From positions 2,048,001 to 2,112,000 of the forward strand of contig OY762911.1 in assembly GCA_963666565.1 (NCBI GenBank): a stretch of 64,000 bases of DNA, read 5' to 3'. Of this stretch, positions 28,356 through 38,345 are shown in pieces (position 1 is the stretch's first letter; the number at the start of each line of letters is the position of its first letter). Source of the DNA: Thermoanaerobaculia bacterium. Lineage in GTDB: Bacteria; Acidobacteriota; Thermoanaerobaculia; Multivoradales; Multivoraceae. The notes under the pieces are model-generated. The model had not been told where the DNA came from. It saw nothing but the letters and a program-made list of their open reading frames with translations, and did not search any database. A program made the translations under genes and the position numbers.

Positions 28356-29416
28356 ACCGGACCTCCAGGCGGAAGGTCGTCGTTCAGCTTCCCGCGATCG
28401 CCAAGGCCGCGGCCTCGGTCGACACCCGCTACTCCTTCGAGCTCGAGGCGCTGCTTCCGGTGGCGGACCTGGTCGAGGTCGCCGCGACCTCGGAGGAGGA
28501 GTTCCTGGCCGAGGCGTCGGACGCGGCCGCCGTCATCACCTCCTGGGGCTTCCGCATCGGCCGCTCGGTGATCGCCGGTCTCGACGAGTGCATCGTCATC
28601 GGCGTCGGCAGCGTCGGCGTCGACATGGTCGACGTCGAGGCGGCGACGGAGGCGGGCATCGTCGTCACCAACGTCCCGGACGTGTTCATCGAGGAGGTGG
28701 CCGACCACACGATGGCGCTGCTCCTCGCCGGCGCGCGGCGGATGCGCGAGATGGACTCCATGGTCCGCCGCGGCGACTGGTTCCAGGGGCGGCCGCTGCT
28801 GAACGAGGTGCCGCGGCTGTGGGGCCAGACCCTGGGGCTCGTCTCGTTCGGCAACGTGGCTCGGGCGGTGGCGCGGCGGGCGAAGCCCTTCGGCATCCAC
28901 GTCATCGCGCACGACCCGTACGTCAGCGAGCTGAAGATGACGGGAGAGGGCGTCGAGCCGGTCAGTTTCGACGAACTTCTGGAGCGCTCCGACTACCTCT
29001 CCATGCACGCGCCGCTCAACGCGGAGACCCGGCACATGCTCTCGGGGCCGGAGTTCGCGGCGATGAAGGAGACCGCGGTGGTGATCAACGCCGGCCGCGG
29101 ACCGACGATCGACGAGGCGGCCATGATCGAAGCGCTCGAGTCGGGCGGCATCGCCGGCGCCGCCCTCGACGTGCTGGAACGGGAGCCGCCGGCCGAAGAC
29201 AACCCGCTCCTCGGCATGGACAACGTGATCCTGACCCCGCACGTCGCCTCGGCGACGACGCGCATGAGGCCCGTGACCCGGCGCCGCGTGGGCCGCGAGG
29301 TCGCCCTGGCCCTCTCCGGCCGCTGGCCGATGAGCTGCGTCAACCCGACCGTGCTGCCGCGGGTCGAACTCGAACGCTGGCAGCCGGTGCCGATGGAGCG
29401 CGGCCCGAACCGCTGA
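28352..29416 (+). CDS. D-isomer-specific 2-hydroxyacid dehydrogenase (CtBP-like)
   Basis: VTNVPD..EEVADH, SFGNVAR, INAGRG, LDVLEREP, LTPHVA; GTGA overlap with the upstream gene. Confidence 0.9.
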   Translation: MNRTSRRKVVVQLPAIAKAAASVDTRYSFELEALLPVADLVEVAATSEEEFLAEASDAAAVITSWGFRIGRSVIAGLDECIVIGVGSVGVDMVDVEAATEAGIVVTNVPDVFIEEVADHTMALLLAGARRMREMDSMVRRGDWFQGRPLLNEVPRLWGQTLGLVSFGNVARAVARRAKPFGIHVIAHDPYVSELKMTGEGVEPVSFDELLERSDYLSMHAPLNAETRHMLSGPEFAAMKETAVVINAGRGPTIDEAAMIEALESGGIAGAALDVLEREPPAEDNPLLGMDNVILTPHVASATTRMRPVTRRRVGREVALALSGRWPMSCVNPTVLPRVELERWQPVPMERGPNR

Positions 29417-29418
29417 CG

Positions 29419-29913
29419 CTACCCGGCCCGTTTCGGCGTGCTGAACCAGTCCAGCCGGCCGGAGTACGGCTCGATCTCGCTCCAGGACGCGACGTCGAGG
29501 TGTACGCAGGCCGCCGCCGCGGTGACGAACCGGGGCGGCTCGTCGCCGGTGAGCCGCCGGACCAGTTCCGCGCAGGTCGGCTGGTGGCCGACGATGAGGA
29601 TCGAGTGCGCGTCGTCGGACTGCCCGCCGAGCAGGTCGATCGCGGCGCCCGGCGAGGCGAGGTAGAGCGCCGGTTCCAGGATCGTCGTGCGGTTCCAGTC
29701 CCCGGCGGCGACCGCCAGATCGATCGTCTGCCGTGTGCGCACCGCCGTCGAACAGAGGATTCGGTCGGGCACGGCCTGCCGCTCCGCGAACCGGCGGCCC
29801 ATCTTCCGGGCCGCCTTGACGCCCCGGGCGTTCAGCGGCCGCTCGTGGTCGACCCCGCCGTAGGCGGCGGTCCAGTCCGACTTCGCATGCCGCAGCACGT
29901 AGAGGACCCGCAC
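29419..29913 (-). CDS. SixA-type histidine phosphatase
   Basis: LRHAKSDW, DHERPL, STAVRTRQT, VGHQP. Confidence 0.85.
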   Translation of the reverse strand: MRVLYVLRHAKSDWTAAYGGVDHERPLNARGVKAARKMGRRFAERQAVPDRILCSTAVRTRQTIDLAVAAGDWNRTTILEPALYLASPGAAIDLLGGQSDDAHSILIVGHQPTCAELVRRLTGDEPPRFVTAAAACVHLDVASWSEIEPYSGRLDWFSTPKRAG

Positions 29914-29977
29914 CGGGCCACGGTAGCAGCGTTCGCGCATGGAACGGCTCGCTGCTCTCCCTCCGCCTCCGGCGGGA

Positions 29978-30004
29978 GCGGGTCAGAAGACCCGCGCACC
30001 CAGC
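29978..30004 (-). repeat. REP-like repeat copy in divergent promoter region
   Basis: GCGGGTCAGAAGACCCGCGCACCCAGC. Confidence 0.85.
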
Positions 30005-30022
30005 CTGTGGCATTCTCCTGCC

Positions 30023-31558
30023 ATGCAGAGGGCGGATCGATGGTGGCGGGCCGAGTGGTTCGTCCTTCTCGGTTTGGCGGCAGCGGCGACGGCAGCGGCG
30101 CAGCCACCGCGCCAGCCGGCCGACTCCGCCGCGAATCCCAGCCTGGAGACCTTCGACTTCGCCTGGCAGAGGATCGCCGACACCTTCTGGGACGAAGACA
30201 TGGCCGGCGTCGACTGGCACGCCGTGCGCGACGAGCTGCGGCCGCTCGCCCGCGACGCCGGCGGCGCCGACGAACTCCGGCCCGTGCTGCGGGACATGCT
30301 CTCGCGGCTCGGCCAGTCCCACTTCGGCGTGCTGCCGGGGCCCGGTTCGGCGGCGAGCCGCGAGGGCTCGCCCGCCGGGTCGGGCGCCGGCGGCGGGGCG
30401 CTCCACGTCTGTACGCCCGCTCTCGCGCGCGCCGTGGCCGGCGGCGGCGGATCGCCCCTCTCCGACGCCGGCCCCGGCTTCGACTTCCGCTTCCTCGACT
30501 CGGCCGCCGTGGTCACCCGCGTCGAGCCCGGTTCCGCCGCGGAGCGCGCGGGCCTCGCCGCCGGCCTGGAGGTCGTGCGCGTCGGGGACCAGGACCTGGC
30601 GCCGCTGGCCCGCTGCCTGGGCCTCGAGTCCGCGGACGGGCCGGTCGCCGCGACGCTGCGCTCTCGAGTCGTGGAGGGCCTGCTGTACGGCCGCGCCGGC
30701 GAGCCGGTGACGGTCGAGTTCGCGGACCGCGACGGCAGCCGGCGCCTGCTCGAACTCGAGCGGCACCACCGCCCGGACGCGGTCGAGATCGCCTTCGGGA
30801 ACCTGCCGCCGGTGCGCTATCGGTTCGAGAGCGAGGTCGTCGAGACCCCGGCGGGCCGCGTGCTGGCGGTGCGCTTCAACGTCTGGATGCTGCCCGTCGT
30901 GCAGGCCTTCGGCGCCGCCCTCTACGGCGACCCGCCCGCCGGCACGGCGCCGTTCGACGGCGTGCTCATCGATCTGCGCGGCAACCCGGGCGGCGTCGGC
31001 GGCACGGCCATCGGCGTCGCCGGCTACCTCCTGGACGAGCCGGCCGAACTGGGCCGGATGGTGAACCGGGGCAGCGACTTCCGCTTCCGGGTCACGCCGC
31101 GCCGATCGTCGAGCGGCGGTCGGAGATTGACGCCGTTCGCCGGCCCGGTGGCCGTGCTCGTCGACGGCGGCAGCGCCAGCACGAGCGAGATCTTCGCGGC
31201 CGGACTCCAGGATCACGGCCGCGCCCGCATCTTCGGCCAGCCGACGATGGCCGCGGCCCTTCCCTCGGTGATCGAGAGGATGCCGAACGGCGACCTGCTG
31301 ATGCGGGCCGTCGCCGACTTCGTGCGCCCGAACGGCGAGCGGGTCGAGGGCCGGCCCATCGCGCCCGATTCACCCCATCCTCTGACCCGCGAGGGGCTGG
31401 CGGCGGGCCGGGACGAGCCGCGCGAGGCGGCCCTGGCCTGGATCGTCTCCGAATTGGACGGGACGGCGCCGCCGGCCGCCAGTCCCGGAGAGTCCGGGGC
31501 GGAAGGGCGCGGAGAGTCCAGTGCGGGCGGCCGCGGAGAGTCCGGGGCGGAAGGATAG
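30023..31558 (+). CDS. S41-family C-terminal processing peptidase with PDZ domain
   Basis: Signal peptide; IDLRGNPGG, SASTSEIFA, IFGQPT; 24-bp tandem repeat x3 in the tail (31487-31555). Confidence 0.85.
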   Translation: MQRADRWWRAEWFVLLGLAAAATAAAQPPRQPADSAANPSLETFDFAWQRIADTFWDEDMAGVDWHAVRDELRPLARDAGGADELRPVLRDMLSRLGQSHFGVLPGPGSAASREGSPAGSGAGGGALHVCTPALARAVAGGGGSPLSDAGPGFDFRFLDSAAVVTRVEPGSAAERAGLAAGLEVVRVGDQDLAPLARCLGLESADGPVAATLRSRVVEGLLYGRAGEPVTVEFADRDGSRRLLELERHHRPDAVEIAFGNLPPVRYRFESEVVETPAGRVLAVRFNVWMLPVVQAFGAALYGDPPAGTAPFDGVLIDLRGNPGGVGGTAIGVAGYLLDEPAELGRMVNRGSDFRFRVTPRRSSSGGRRLTPFAGPVAVLVDGGSASTSEIFAAGLQDHGRARIFGQPTMAAALPSVIERMPNGDLLMRAVADFVRPNGERVEGRPIAPDSPHPLTREGLAAGRDEPREAALAWIVSELDGTAPPAASPGESGAEGRGESSAGGRGESGAEG

Positions 31559-31564
31559 GCGCGG

Positions 31565-32158
31565 GTGGACTGGCGCCTCTGGAGCGACGGAGTCAGCCTC
31601 GGCCGGTTCGGCGACGAGGGCGCTCTGGGTCCGCCCTGGTTGTGGATCGTCGCCGGTCTGCTGTTGCTGTTCCTGGGGCGCCGGCTCTACACGGCGCTGA
31701 TCGGCCTCGTCGGCTTCTTCGTCGTCTACGGCGTTCCCGAGGACGTGCTGACCCTGCCGGACGAGATGCGGCTGATGGTCGCCGTCGGCGTCGGCGTGCT
31801 GGCCGCGCTGCTCGCCTTCATCGTGCGCAAGGTGGCGGTGGCGCTCGCCGGGGCCCTCCTGGGCGCCGGCGCGGCGCTGTGGGCGATCAGCTTCTTCGGC
31901 GTCGAGTGGGAGGTCCTCTGGTGGATCGTGGTCGCGGTGGCCGCGGTGCTCGGCGCGCTCGTGCTGCGCGCCGTCTTCGAGACGGCGCTGATCGTCGTCT
32001 CGTCGTTCGTCGGCGCGCTGCTGATCATGGCGGCCACCGGCCTCGAAGGGCTGCCGGCCCACGTCGGCGTCGCGTTGCTGATCGTGGTCGGCGTGACCTT
32101 CCAGTTGGGACGCCGGCGCGCCGCGGACAAGGACGCGAAGAAGAAGTCCGCCGGCTAG
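31565..32158 (+). CDS. Membrane protein (DUF4203-like)
   Basis: About 7 hydrophobic helices; GLLLLFLGRRLY and SSFVGA patterns. Confidence 0.65.
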   Translation: MDWRLWSDGVSLGRFGDEGALGPPWLWIVAGLLLLFLGRRLYTALIGLVGFFVVYGVPEDVLTLPDEMRLMVAVGVGVLAALLAFIVRKVAVALAGALLGAGAALWAISFFGVEWEVLWWIVVAVAAVLGALVLRAVFETALIVVSSFVGALLIMAATGLEGLPAHVGVALLIVVGVTFQLGRRRAADKDAKKKSAG

Positions 32159-33534
32159 CGGTTCGGCATCGTCACGGCGACCTTGCCGGCGCCGGCCGCG
32201 GCAACCGAACGGGCGGCGGCGGGCAGGAGCGCTGCCTGACCGGGGCGCAGGCGGACCTCGCCGGAGAGGTTGCCGACCTCGATGTCGCCTTCGAGAGCGA
32301 GGGCGATTCGCGGGCCATCGTCTCCCGGCAGCGGCGCCGCCGCGTGCTCCGCGACCTCGAGAATCTCCAGCCGGAAGTCTGCCACCGGCGGCGTGAAGCG
32401 GGTGCGCCGGCCCCAGGGCGGTTCCTCGACTTCGGTCTCCAGGCCGGGGTCTCCCAGTGTCCTGTAGTGGAGGATGTCGAGGAACGCGTCGGCGTCGACC
32501 GGCTTGGACGTCAGGCCGAAGCGGAGCACGTTGTCGGAGCTCGCCATGACCTCGACGCCCGAGCCCTCCAGGTAGCTGTGAGGCACGCCGGGTCCCGTGA
32601 ACAGGACCTCGCCAGGTTCGAGGTGAACGAGCCGGAGGAACAGGGGCGCGACGACCAGCGGGTCTTCGGGATGGTGGTCGGCGATGCGGACGATCCAGCG
32701 CAGCGCCTCCCTGGTGGCGGCGCTGGCGTTGGCCAAGACGGTCACGGCGCGCCACGCGGCCGCGACGGCTCGCTCGGCGAGGCCGTTGCCCGCCGGCCCA
32801 CGCAGCGCCGAGAGCAGACGCGCGTACGCGGCGGCGCCTTCCTTTCTCAAGTGCCGGACGTGCGGCCGGAGTTCGTCGAGGTTGAGAGCGGCCAGCAGCC
32901 GCGCGGCCTCCGCGGCCGGCCGGAATCCGGACATGGCCTCGAAAGGCGTCAGCGCGTAGATCAGCTCCGGCTTGTGGTTCGGATCGCGGTAGATGCGACC
33001 CTCGGCGGCAGACCCGCGCGCGCCGCCGTCCGTCTCGGCGGCGAAGCCTCGCTCCGCCTGCTCTCGGTCGGGATGGGCCTGGATCGACAGCGGCCGGTCG
33101 GCGGAGAGGATCTTCGTCAGGAAGGGCAGGGCGGCGCGGGCCTCCCCGGCTCCGCCGGCCCCGAGAATCTCCGCCGGGCGGCCGGCGATCAGGCGGTCGA
33201 AGGGAATCGCGCCGGGTCGGGAGGCGGCCGGCGCCTCGGCCCGTGCGGCGCCGCGTTCGCCGTCGGGGCCGTGGGGCCCGCCCCCGGAACCCGCTTCGAG
33301 GACGACGCTGGCGGGCGCGTCCGGGTGGGCGCCGAACCAGAGCTCGGCTTCCGGCTCGTCCGACGGCTCGCGGCCGAGCAGCCTGGGAATGAAGTCGCGG
33401 GTGCCCCAGTCGTAGCGGCGAACCCGGGGCAGCAGCCGCAACGGACGGTCGAGTGCGCCCGGTTCGACGCGGCCGCCCGCCGGGCCGCGGCTCGTCCGCT
33501 TCGGCGCCCTCTCCGGCCTGCCCGGACCGCTCAC
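32155..33534 (-). CDS. manA: Mannose-6-phosphate isomerase, class I
   Basis: YDWG, AELWFGAHP, PLSIQAHP, DPNHKPE, HSYLEG..EVMASSDNVLR.GLT; GTGA-coupled start inferred. Confidence 0.9.
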   Translation of the reverse strand: MSGPGRPERAPKRTSRGPAGGRVEPGALDRPLRLLPRVRRYDWGTRDFIPRLLGREPSDEPEAELWFGAHPDAPASVVLEAGSGGGPHGPDGERGAARAEAPAASRPGAIPFDRLIAGRPAEILGAGGAGEARAALPFLTKILSADRPLSIQAHPDREQAERGFAAETDGGARGSAAEGRIYRDPNHKPELIYALTPFEAMSGFRPAAEAARLLAALNLDELRPHVRHLRKEGAAAYARLLSALRGPAGNGLAERAVAAAWRAVTVLANASAATREALRWIVRIADHHPEDPLVVAPLFLRLVHLEPGEVLFTGPGVPHSYLEGSGVEVMASSDNVLRFGLTSKPVDADAFLDILHYRTLGDPGLETEVEEPPWGRRTRFTPPVADFRLEILEVAEHAAAPLPGDDGPRIALALEGDIEVGNLSGEVRLRPGQAALLPAAARSVAAAGAGKVAVTMPNR

Positions 33535-34274
33535 GTTCGCGCCCGCCCGAAGGTCCACGACCGGGCCTCCGCCTCGGTGTCGATGTCGCGCAGCGGCAGC
33601 GCCGAGTCCAGTTCGACCTGGGCGACCTGCCCGTCCAGACGGTTCAGGAGCGGCCGGGCGCCTCGGTCGCCGCGCAGCCGTTCCAGATCCCCGAACCACC
33701 GCCGCCCGAAGGTGACCGGGGCGCCGCGGCGGCCCCGGAAGGCGGGCGCCACGATGGAGTCCGGCCCGCGGAACCCGCCGAGCAGCCGGTCGATGACGGC
33801 GGCGTCGAGCCCCGGCTGGTCCGCCGGCAGGAACATCGCGCCGTCGGCCCGGTCCGACACGGCGGCCAGCCCCGCGCGCACCGAGCCGCTCTGGCCCTGC
33901 TCGTAGTCCGGGTTGTGGACCGCTCGCAGGTCGAGATCGGCAACCTCCGCTTCAACCTGGCGCCGCGCGTGGCCGGTGACGAGGACGACCTCCGCCAGCC
34001 CGGAAGCGAGCGCCGCGCGGCAGACGCGCCGAACGAGGCTCTCGCCGTCGATTCGGTAGAGCTGCTTCGGCTGTGCCGCGGCGCCGCCGTCCATTTCGGT
34101 ACGGCGGCCCGTCCCGCCGCGGCGGTCCATGAGGCCACGGCTGTTCGTTCCGGCACGGCGGTCCGTGCCGGCGCCGGCGTCCGTTCCCGCACCGCCGGCG
34201 TTTCGGCCTCTTCCGGCGACGAACCGGGTCGACAGCCCGGCGGCGAGCACGACGCCTGAGACCCGCCCGGTCAT
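33531..34274 (-). CDS. mocA: Molybdenum cofactor cytidylyltransferase (MocA-like) with repeat insertion
   Basis: VVLAAGLSTRF...KQL, NPDYEQGQSGS, ADQP, GDRGAR, DIDT; adjacent to xdhC. Confidence 0.8.
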   Translation of the reverse strand: MTGRVSGVVLAAGLSTRFVAGRGRNAGGAGTDAGAGTDRRAGTNSRGLMDRRGGTGRRTEMDGGAAAQPKQLYRIDGESLVRRVCRAALASGLAEVVLVTGHARRQVEAEVADLDLRAVHNPDYEQGQSGSVRAGLAAVSDRADGAMFLPADQPGLDAAVIDRLLGGFRGPDSIVAPAFRGRRGAPVTFGRRWFGDLERLRGDRGARPLLNRLDGQVAQVELDSALPLRDIDTEAEARSWTFGRART

Positions 34275-34999
34275 CGCTTCCCGGCGGCCTGCCGGCCGTT
34301 TCGCACGGCGACCAGTTCCGCGGCGATGGCCATCGCGATCTCCTCGGGCCTGCGGCCGCCGAGGTCGAGGCCGATCGGCGCGTGGATCCGGTCGATCAGT
34401 TCGTCCGGCAGGCCGGCCTCGCGAAGCGACGCGGCCCGCTTCGCGTGCGTGCGCGACGAGCCCAGGGCGCCGGCGTAGCGGACCCCGGCCTCCAGCGCGA
34501 CCCGGAGCGCCGGGTTGTCCAGCTTCTCGTCGTGGGTGAGGAACACGCAGTACGCGTTGGCGTGGAGCGGCGCACGGGCCAGGTAGGCGGCCGGCCACTC
34601 GACGACCAGTTCGTCGGCGTGGGGAAAGCGCTCGGCGGTGGCGAAGGCCGAGCGCGCATCGACGACCACCGTGCGGAACCCGAGCCGCCGCGCGAAGTGG
34701 ACCAGATGGATCGCGACGTGGACCGCGCCGACGACGAACAGTTGCGGCAGCGGCTCGAACGTCTCGACGAACACCTCGACGCCCTCGATCTCGCGCAGGC
34801 CGGTGGCCGGCAGCGCGTCCGCGGTGGCCAGGTCGAGTGCTTCCCGGTCGAGGCCGGCGTCGTTCAGCGTCCCTTCCGCCCGGCCGTCCGTCCATGCCAG
34901 CAGGCGCGCTCCGAGTTCGGCGCCGTCGGCGCGGGTGAACGCGACCACGGGTTCGCCCGCGAGCAGCGACCGGCGGAGGGACTCGAACCGGGATTCCAT
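34271..34999 (-). CDS. xdhC: XdhC/CoxF family, C-terminal Rossmann half
   Basis: VVGAVHVA, LTHDEKLD, GALGSSRTH, IHAPIGLDLGGRRPEEIA. Confidence 0.85.
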   Translation of the reverse strand: MESRFESLRRSLLAGEPVVAFTRADGAELGARLLAWTDGRAEGTLNDAGLDREALDLATADALPATGLREIEGVEVFVETFEPLPQLFVVGAVHVAIHLVHFARRLGFRTVVVDARSAFATAERFPHADELVVEWPAAYLARAPLHANAYCVFLTHDEKLDNPALRVALEAGVRYAGALGSSRTHAKRAASLREAGLPDELIDRIHAPIGLDLGGRRPEEIAMAIAAELVAVRNGRQAAGKR

Positions 35000-35025
35000 C
35001 GGTACGCGCGTCCGGCCGGCGGGCC

Positions 35026-35340
35026 TCAACCATCGATGCGTTCGACCAGCACCTCGACCTCGCCGCCGCAGGTCAGCCCGACGGACCATGCCTGCTCGTC
35101 CGAGATGCCGTAGCGGCGCCGCTTCGGCCGGCCGTCCTCCAGTACGGACTGCGCCTCCTCGATCACCGCGCCTTCGATGCAGCCGCCGCTGACCGAGCCG
35201 GCGATGCTCCCCGCGTCGGACACGGCCATCTTCGAGCCGAGGGGCCGGGGCGAGGAACCGACGGTGCGGATCACGGTCGCGACGGCCACGCGCCGGCCGT
35301 CCGCGCGCCAGCGATCCACGTCGCTGAGAATGTCCAGCAC
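35026..35340 (-). CDS. XdhC/CoxI family, N-terminal half
   Basis: ATVIRTVGSSPR, GSVSGGCIEG, VGLTCGG; TAGACT 7 nt before the GTG. Confidence 0.85.
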   Translation of the reverse strand: MLDILSDVDRWRADGRRVAVATVIRTVGSSPRPLGSKMAVSDAGSIAGSVSGGCIEGAVIEEAQSVLEDGRPKRRRYGISDEQAWSVGLTCGGEVEVLVERIDG

Positions 35341-35388
35341 GGCGGCAAGTCTACCGCCAGAGGCGGAGGGGCGTAGACTCCGGGCTGG

Positions 35389-37803
35389 ATGAAGGGTGTC
35401 GATCGCAGGCCGGTGGCGTGGATGGCGCTCCTGTTGGCCGCCTGGGCGGGTACCCCGGCGGCGCGGGGGCAGGCCGGCGCCGAGGACTCCGGCGACGCGG
35501 ACGCGGACGAGACGCCGGCCGTGATGGAGACGCTGACCGTCGTCGCCGAGGCGCCGCGGACCTTCGCGACGAACGTGGTCGCCGAGCCGATGCTCGAGCA
35601 GCAGTCGGCGATCACCAGCGTCCTCGCCACGGTCGACAACCTGCCCGGCGTCTCGGTGCAGGAGGGCGACACCTACGGCTTCGACGCCTGGAGCACCAGC
35701 ATCACGATGCGCGGCTTCCAGCAGCTCCAGGACGAGTCGCAGATAGGCACCACGATCGACGGCATCCCGAACGGCACCTCCGACTACTGGAGCGGCGGCT
35801 CGAACGCGAACCGCTTCGTCGACTCGATCAACCTCGGCGGCGTCGACGTGTCGCAGGGCACGGCCGACATCGCATCGCGCTCGGTGGAGGCGCTGGGCGG
35901 CACGCTGAACTTCACCACCGACGCGCCCCTGCCGGAGCGGGCCTACACGCTGGAGCTCTCGTTCGGCGCCCACGACGGCCAGCGCCAGGCGATGCGGGTC
36001 GACACCGGGCCGCTGTTCGGCGGCGGTACGCTCGCCTGGTTCTCCGTTTCGCGCCGGCAGGCGACGGACTGGGTCCAGGGCGCGGCCCGCAACGAGCGCG
36101 AGCACGTCGCGGGCAAGGTCGAGTCGCGGGTCGGCCGGGTGGACCTCGTCGGCTACTTCTCGTACGACGACGCCCACGAAGAGGACTACGCGCGCCTCTT
36201 CTCGGAGGCCGAGTTCGAGAGCAACCCGCGCTGGGACCGGCTGATCGCCGACTGGACGGACACGCCCTGGGTCAACCAGGTCTACCGCCGCGGCTGGAAG
36301 ACGCCGCGCGCCAACACGTTCGGCTACCTGAAGGCGAAGTTCGAGCCGAAGCCGGGCCTGACCTTCGACGCCGCCGGCTACTACCACCGGCTGAGCGGCA
36401 TCGGCACCTGGCTGCCGCCGTATCTGCTCGACGTGACAGACGACGGCGGCGGCCCCGAGTCGGAGCTCGGCGGCGGCGCCGCGCCGCGCGGCGGATCGCC
36501 CCTGGGCCGCCTGTACTTCGTGGATCCGAACGGCGTCGCCCTCGCCCCCGCGGCCGGCTGCGAGTCGTCGCTCGGCTTCCCGTACGGCGGCGGCGGTGCC
36601 GAGTACGACCCGGGCTGCTACCCGGCGAACGCGATTCCGGTGCAGACCCTCCGCATGGCGCACTACGGCAAGGAGCGCTTCGGCTTCTCGCTCGACCAGG
36701 AGTGGCTGACCGCCATCGGCTCGTCCGGCCGGATCGGCAACACCCTGCGGGCCGGCGTCTGGCACGAGGACGCCCGCCGCCGCCTGGGCAGGGACTGGCA
36801 CAAGGTGATCGACGCGCGGTTCAGCGTCCAGTGGGACCGGGCGCCGTACTGGCGGCAGTACGACTGGGACTTCCCGAAGCGGGTCTTCAAGTGGTATGTC
36901 GAGGACACCGTGGACGCCGGCGACTTCGCCTTCACCGCCGGCGTGAAGCAGTTCCTCGTCGACCTGGAGCGGGTGGATCGGTTCGGCGCCACGGACGCCT
37001 TCGCGGTGGACTCCGACTCGGAGATCCTGTTCTCCGGCGGCGTGACCTGGGACGCGCCCGTGGACGGCCTGGAGCTGTTCGCCGGCTACGCCGAGAACTT
37101 CCGGGCGTTCTCGCCGCGGGTGCTGGAGGTGCCGGGCCGCAGCCTCGACGAACTCGAACCGGAGGCGGCCGCCAACGTCGACTTCGGCGTCCGCTTCGCC
37201 GGCGAGCGGCTGTCGATGACGGCGACCTGGTACGACATCGACTTCGACAACCGGGTCTTCTTCCTGTCGCCGCAGACGGCGGCGGGGCCGGACTACGTCA
37301 TCGCGGGCGGCGGCTCGTACTTCAACGCCGGCGGCATCGACTCGACCGGCATCGAGATCGCCGGCACGCTGCGGCTCGGCGAGGCGACCTCGCTCTACGC
37401 CGCCTACACGCGGAACGACGCCGAGTACGCCGGCGCCGGCGACCCGCTGGTCGACGCGGCGCAGGGGATCGTGCCCGGCATGGCGGTCACCGGCGTGCCG
37501 GAGACGCTGCTCGTCGTGTCGCTCGACCACGCCGGCGAGGTCCTCTCCGCCGGCGCCTCGGCGAAGTACACGGACTCCCGCTCCGTGACCCTGGACGAGT
37601 CCTGGATCGCTCCCGACTACTGGCTGGCGGACGCCTACCTGACCTTCGCCCTCGACGCCTTGCACGAGCGCCTCGCCGGCGCCGAGGTCTCCCTCGTCGC
37701 GAACAACCTGCTCGACGAGTCCTACCTGTCCACCATCAGCGCCCAGGGCGCGTTCCTGGGCGCGCCCCGCACCGTCTCGCTCAACCTGACCGTCTCCTTC
37801 TGA
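35389..37803 (+). CDS. TonB-dependent receptor
   Basis: Signal peptide, TonB box ETLTVVA, plug LPGV..MRGF..DGIP, NNLLDESY..GAPRTV, terminal Phe. Confidence 0.9.
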   Translation: MKGVDRRPVAWMALLLAAWAGTPAARGQAGAEDSGDADADETPAVMETLTVVAEAPRTFATNVVAEPMLEQQSAITSVLATVDNLPGVSVQEGDTYGFDAWSTSITMRGFQQLQDESQIGTTIDGIPNGTSDYWSGGSNANRFVDSINLGGVDVSQGTADIASRSVEALGGTLNFTTDAPLPERAYTLELSFGAHDGQRQAMRVDTGPLFGGGTLAWFSVSRRQATDWVQGAARNEREHVAGKVESRVGRVDLVGYFSYDDAHEEDYARLFSEAEFESNPRWDRLIADWTDTPWVNQVYRRGWKTPRANTFGYLKAKFEPKPGLTFDAAGYYHRLSGIGTWLPPYLLDVTDDGGGPESELGGGAAPRGGSPLGRLYFVDPNGVALAPAAGCESSLGFPYGGGGAEYDPGCYPANAIPVQTLRMAHYGKERFGFSLDQEWLTAIGSSGRIGNTLRAGVWHEDARRRLGRDWHKVIDARFSVQWDRAPYWRQYDWDFPKRVFKWYVEDTVDAGDFAFTAGVKQFLVDLERVDRFGATDAFAVDSDSEILFSGGVTWDAPVDGLELFAGYAENFRAFSPRVLEVPGRSLDELEPEAAANVDFGVRFAGERLSMTATWYDIDFDNRVFFLSPQTAAGPDYVIAGGGSYFNAGGIDSTGIEIAGTLRLGEATSLYAAYTRNDAEYAGAGDPLVDAAQGIVPGMAVTGVPETLLVVSLDHAGEVLSAGASAKYTDSRSVTLDESWIAPDYWLADAYLTFALDALHERLAGAEVSLVANNLLDESYLSTISAQGAFLGAPRTVSLNLTVSF

Positions 37804-37807
37804 CTCG

Positions 37808-38285
37808 CCGGGTGCGCTGGGTGCGCGGGTCTTCCGACCCGCATCCGGGCCAAGCCGCGGAGCGGCGTCGGTCGCTGCCGCCCGGACGGGGAGCGGAGGG
37901 AGGGTCCCATCGGCCGCGGCATCCGGGCGTCCGCCAGCGGACGCCCGGGCTGCGACGCATGTGGCGCGGGGACGCGCCACATGGGTGCGCGCTTTCCCGG
38001 TAGAGGGAAAGCTGGCGCTCGCTTCGGTCGACTGCGCTCCGCCGCGTCGGCGGTCGATGGAAGGTCATTGGCAGTCGCTTGTCTTCAGCCCGCCGGGACC
38101 CTCCCCCCGGACTCCCGTCGCAGACTGGGCTGTGGTGGGCGTCGCTTGCCTCCAGCCCGCTGGGACCCTCCCTCCGCTCCCCGTCCGGGCTGGACGCCGG
38201 CTGGGTGCCTGGGTACGCGGGCCGCTGGGTGCGCGGGTCTTCTGACCCGCCCCCCGGGGCGACGCCGCGGAGCGGCGGCGTCCAG
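37808..38285. repeat. Repeat-rich intergenic element: two REP copies, a 30-bp perfect inverted repeat and an ~67-bp tandem duplication
   Basis: REPs 37816-37842 and 38224-38250; IR 37880-37909 / 38161-38190; GTCGCTTGYCTYCAGCCCGCYGGGACCCTCCC at ~38074 and ~38141. Confidence 0.75.
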
Positions 38286-38345
38286 GGAAGCGGCGAGGCG
38301 AAGCCTCGCTCCGAAATGGCGCCACATGAAACACTGCGGCGACTC

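Noticed and set aside
26063-29416. 1117-aa fusion ORF ending in a dehydrogenase (similarly 624-2831, 35026-37980, 44660-46900, 44681-46924, 53558-55945)
   Set aside because: Only the C-terminal portions are real genes; the upstream parts overlap other genes in a different frame or strand
28588-33906. Very long alternative-frame and antisense ORFs (e.g. 1772 aa here; also 8584-11400, 56601-59336, 28295-31216)
   Set aside because: Arg/Pro/Gly-rich shadows of real genes, caused by stop-codon scarcity in high-GC DNA; no family motifs
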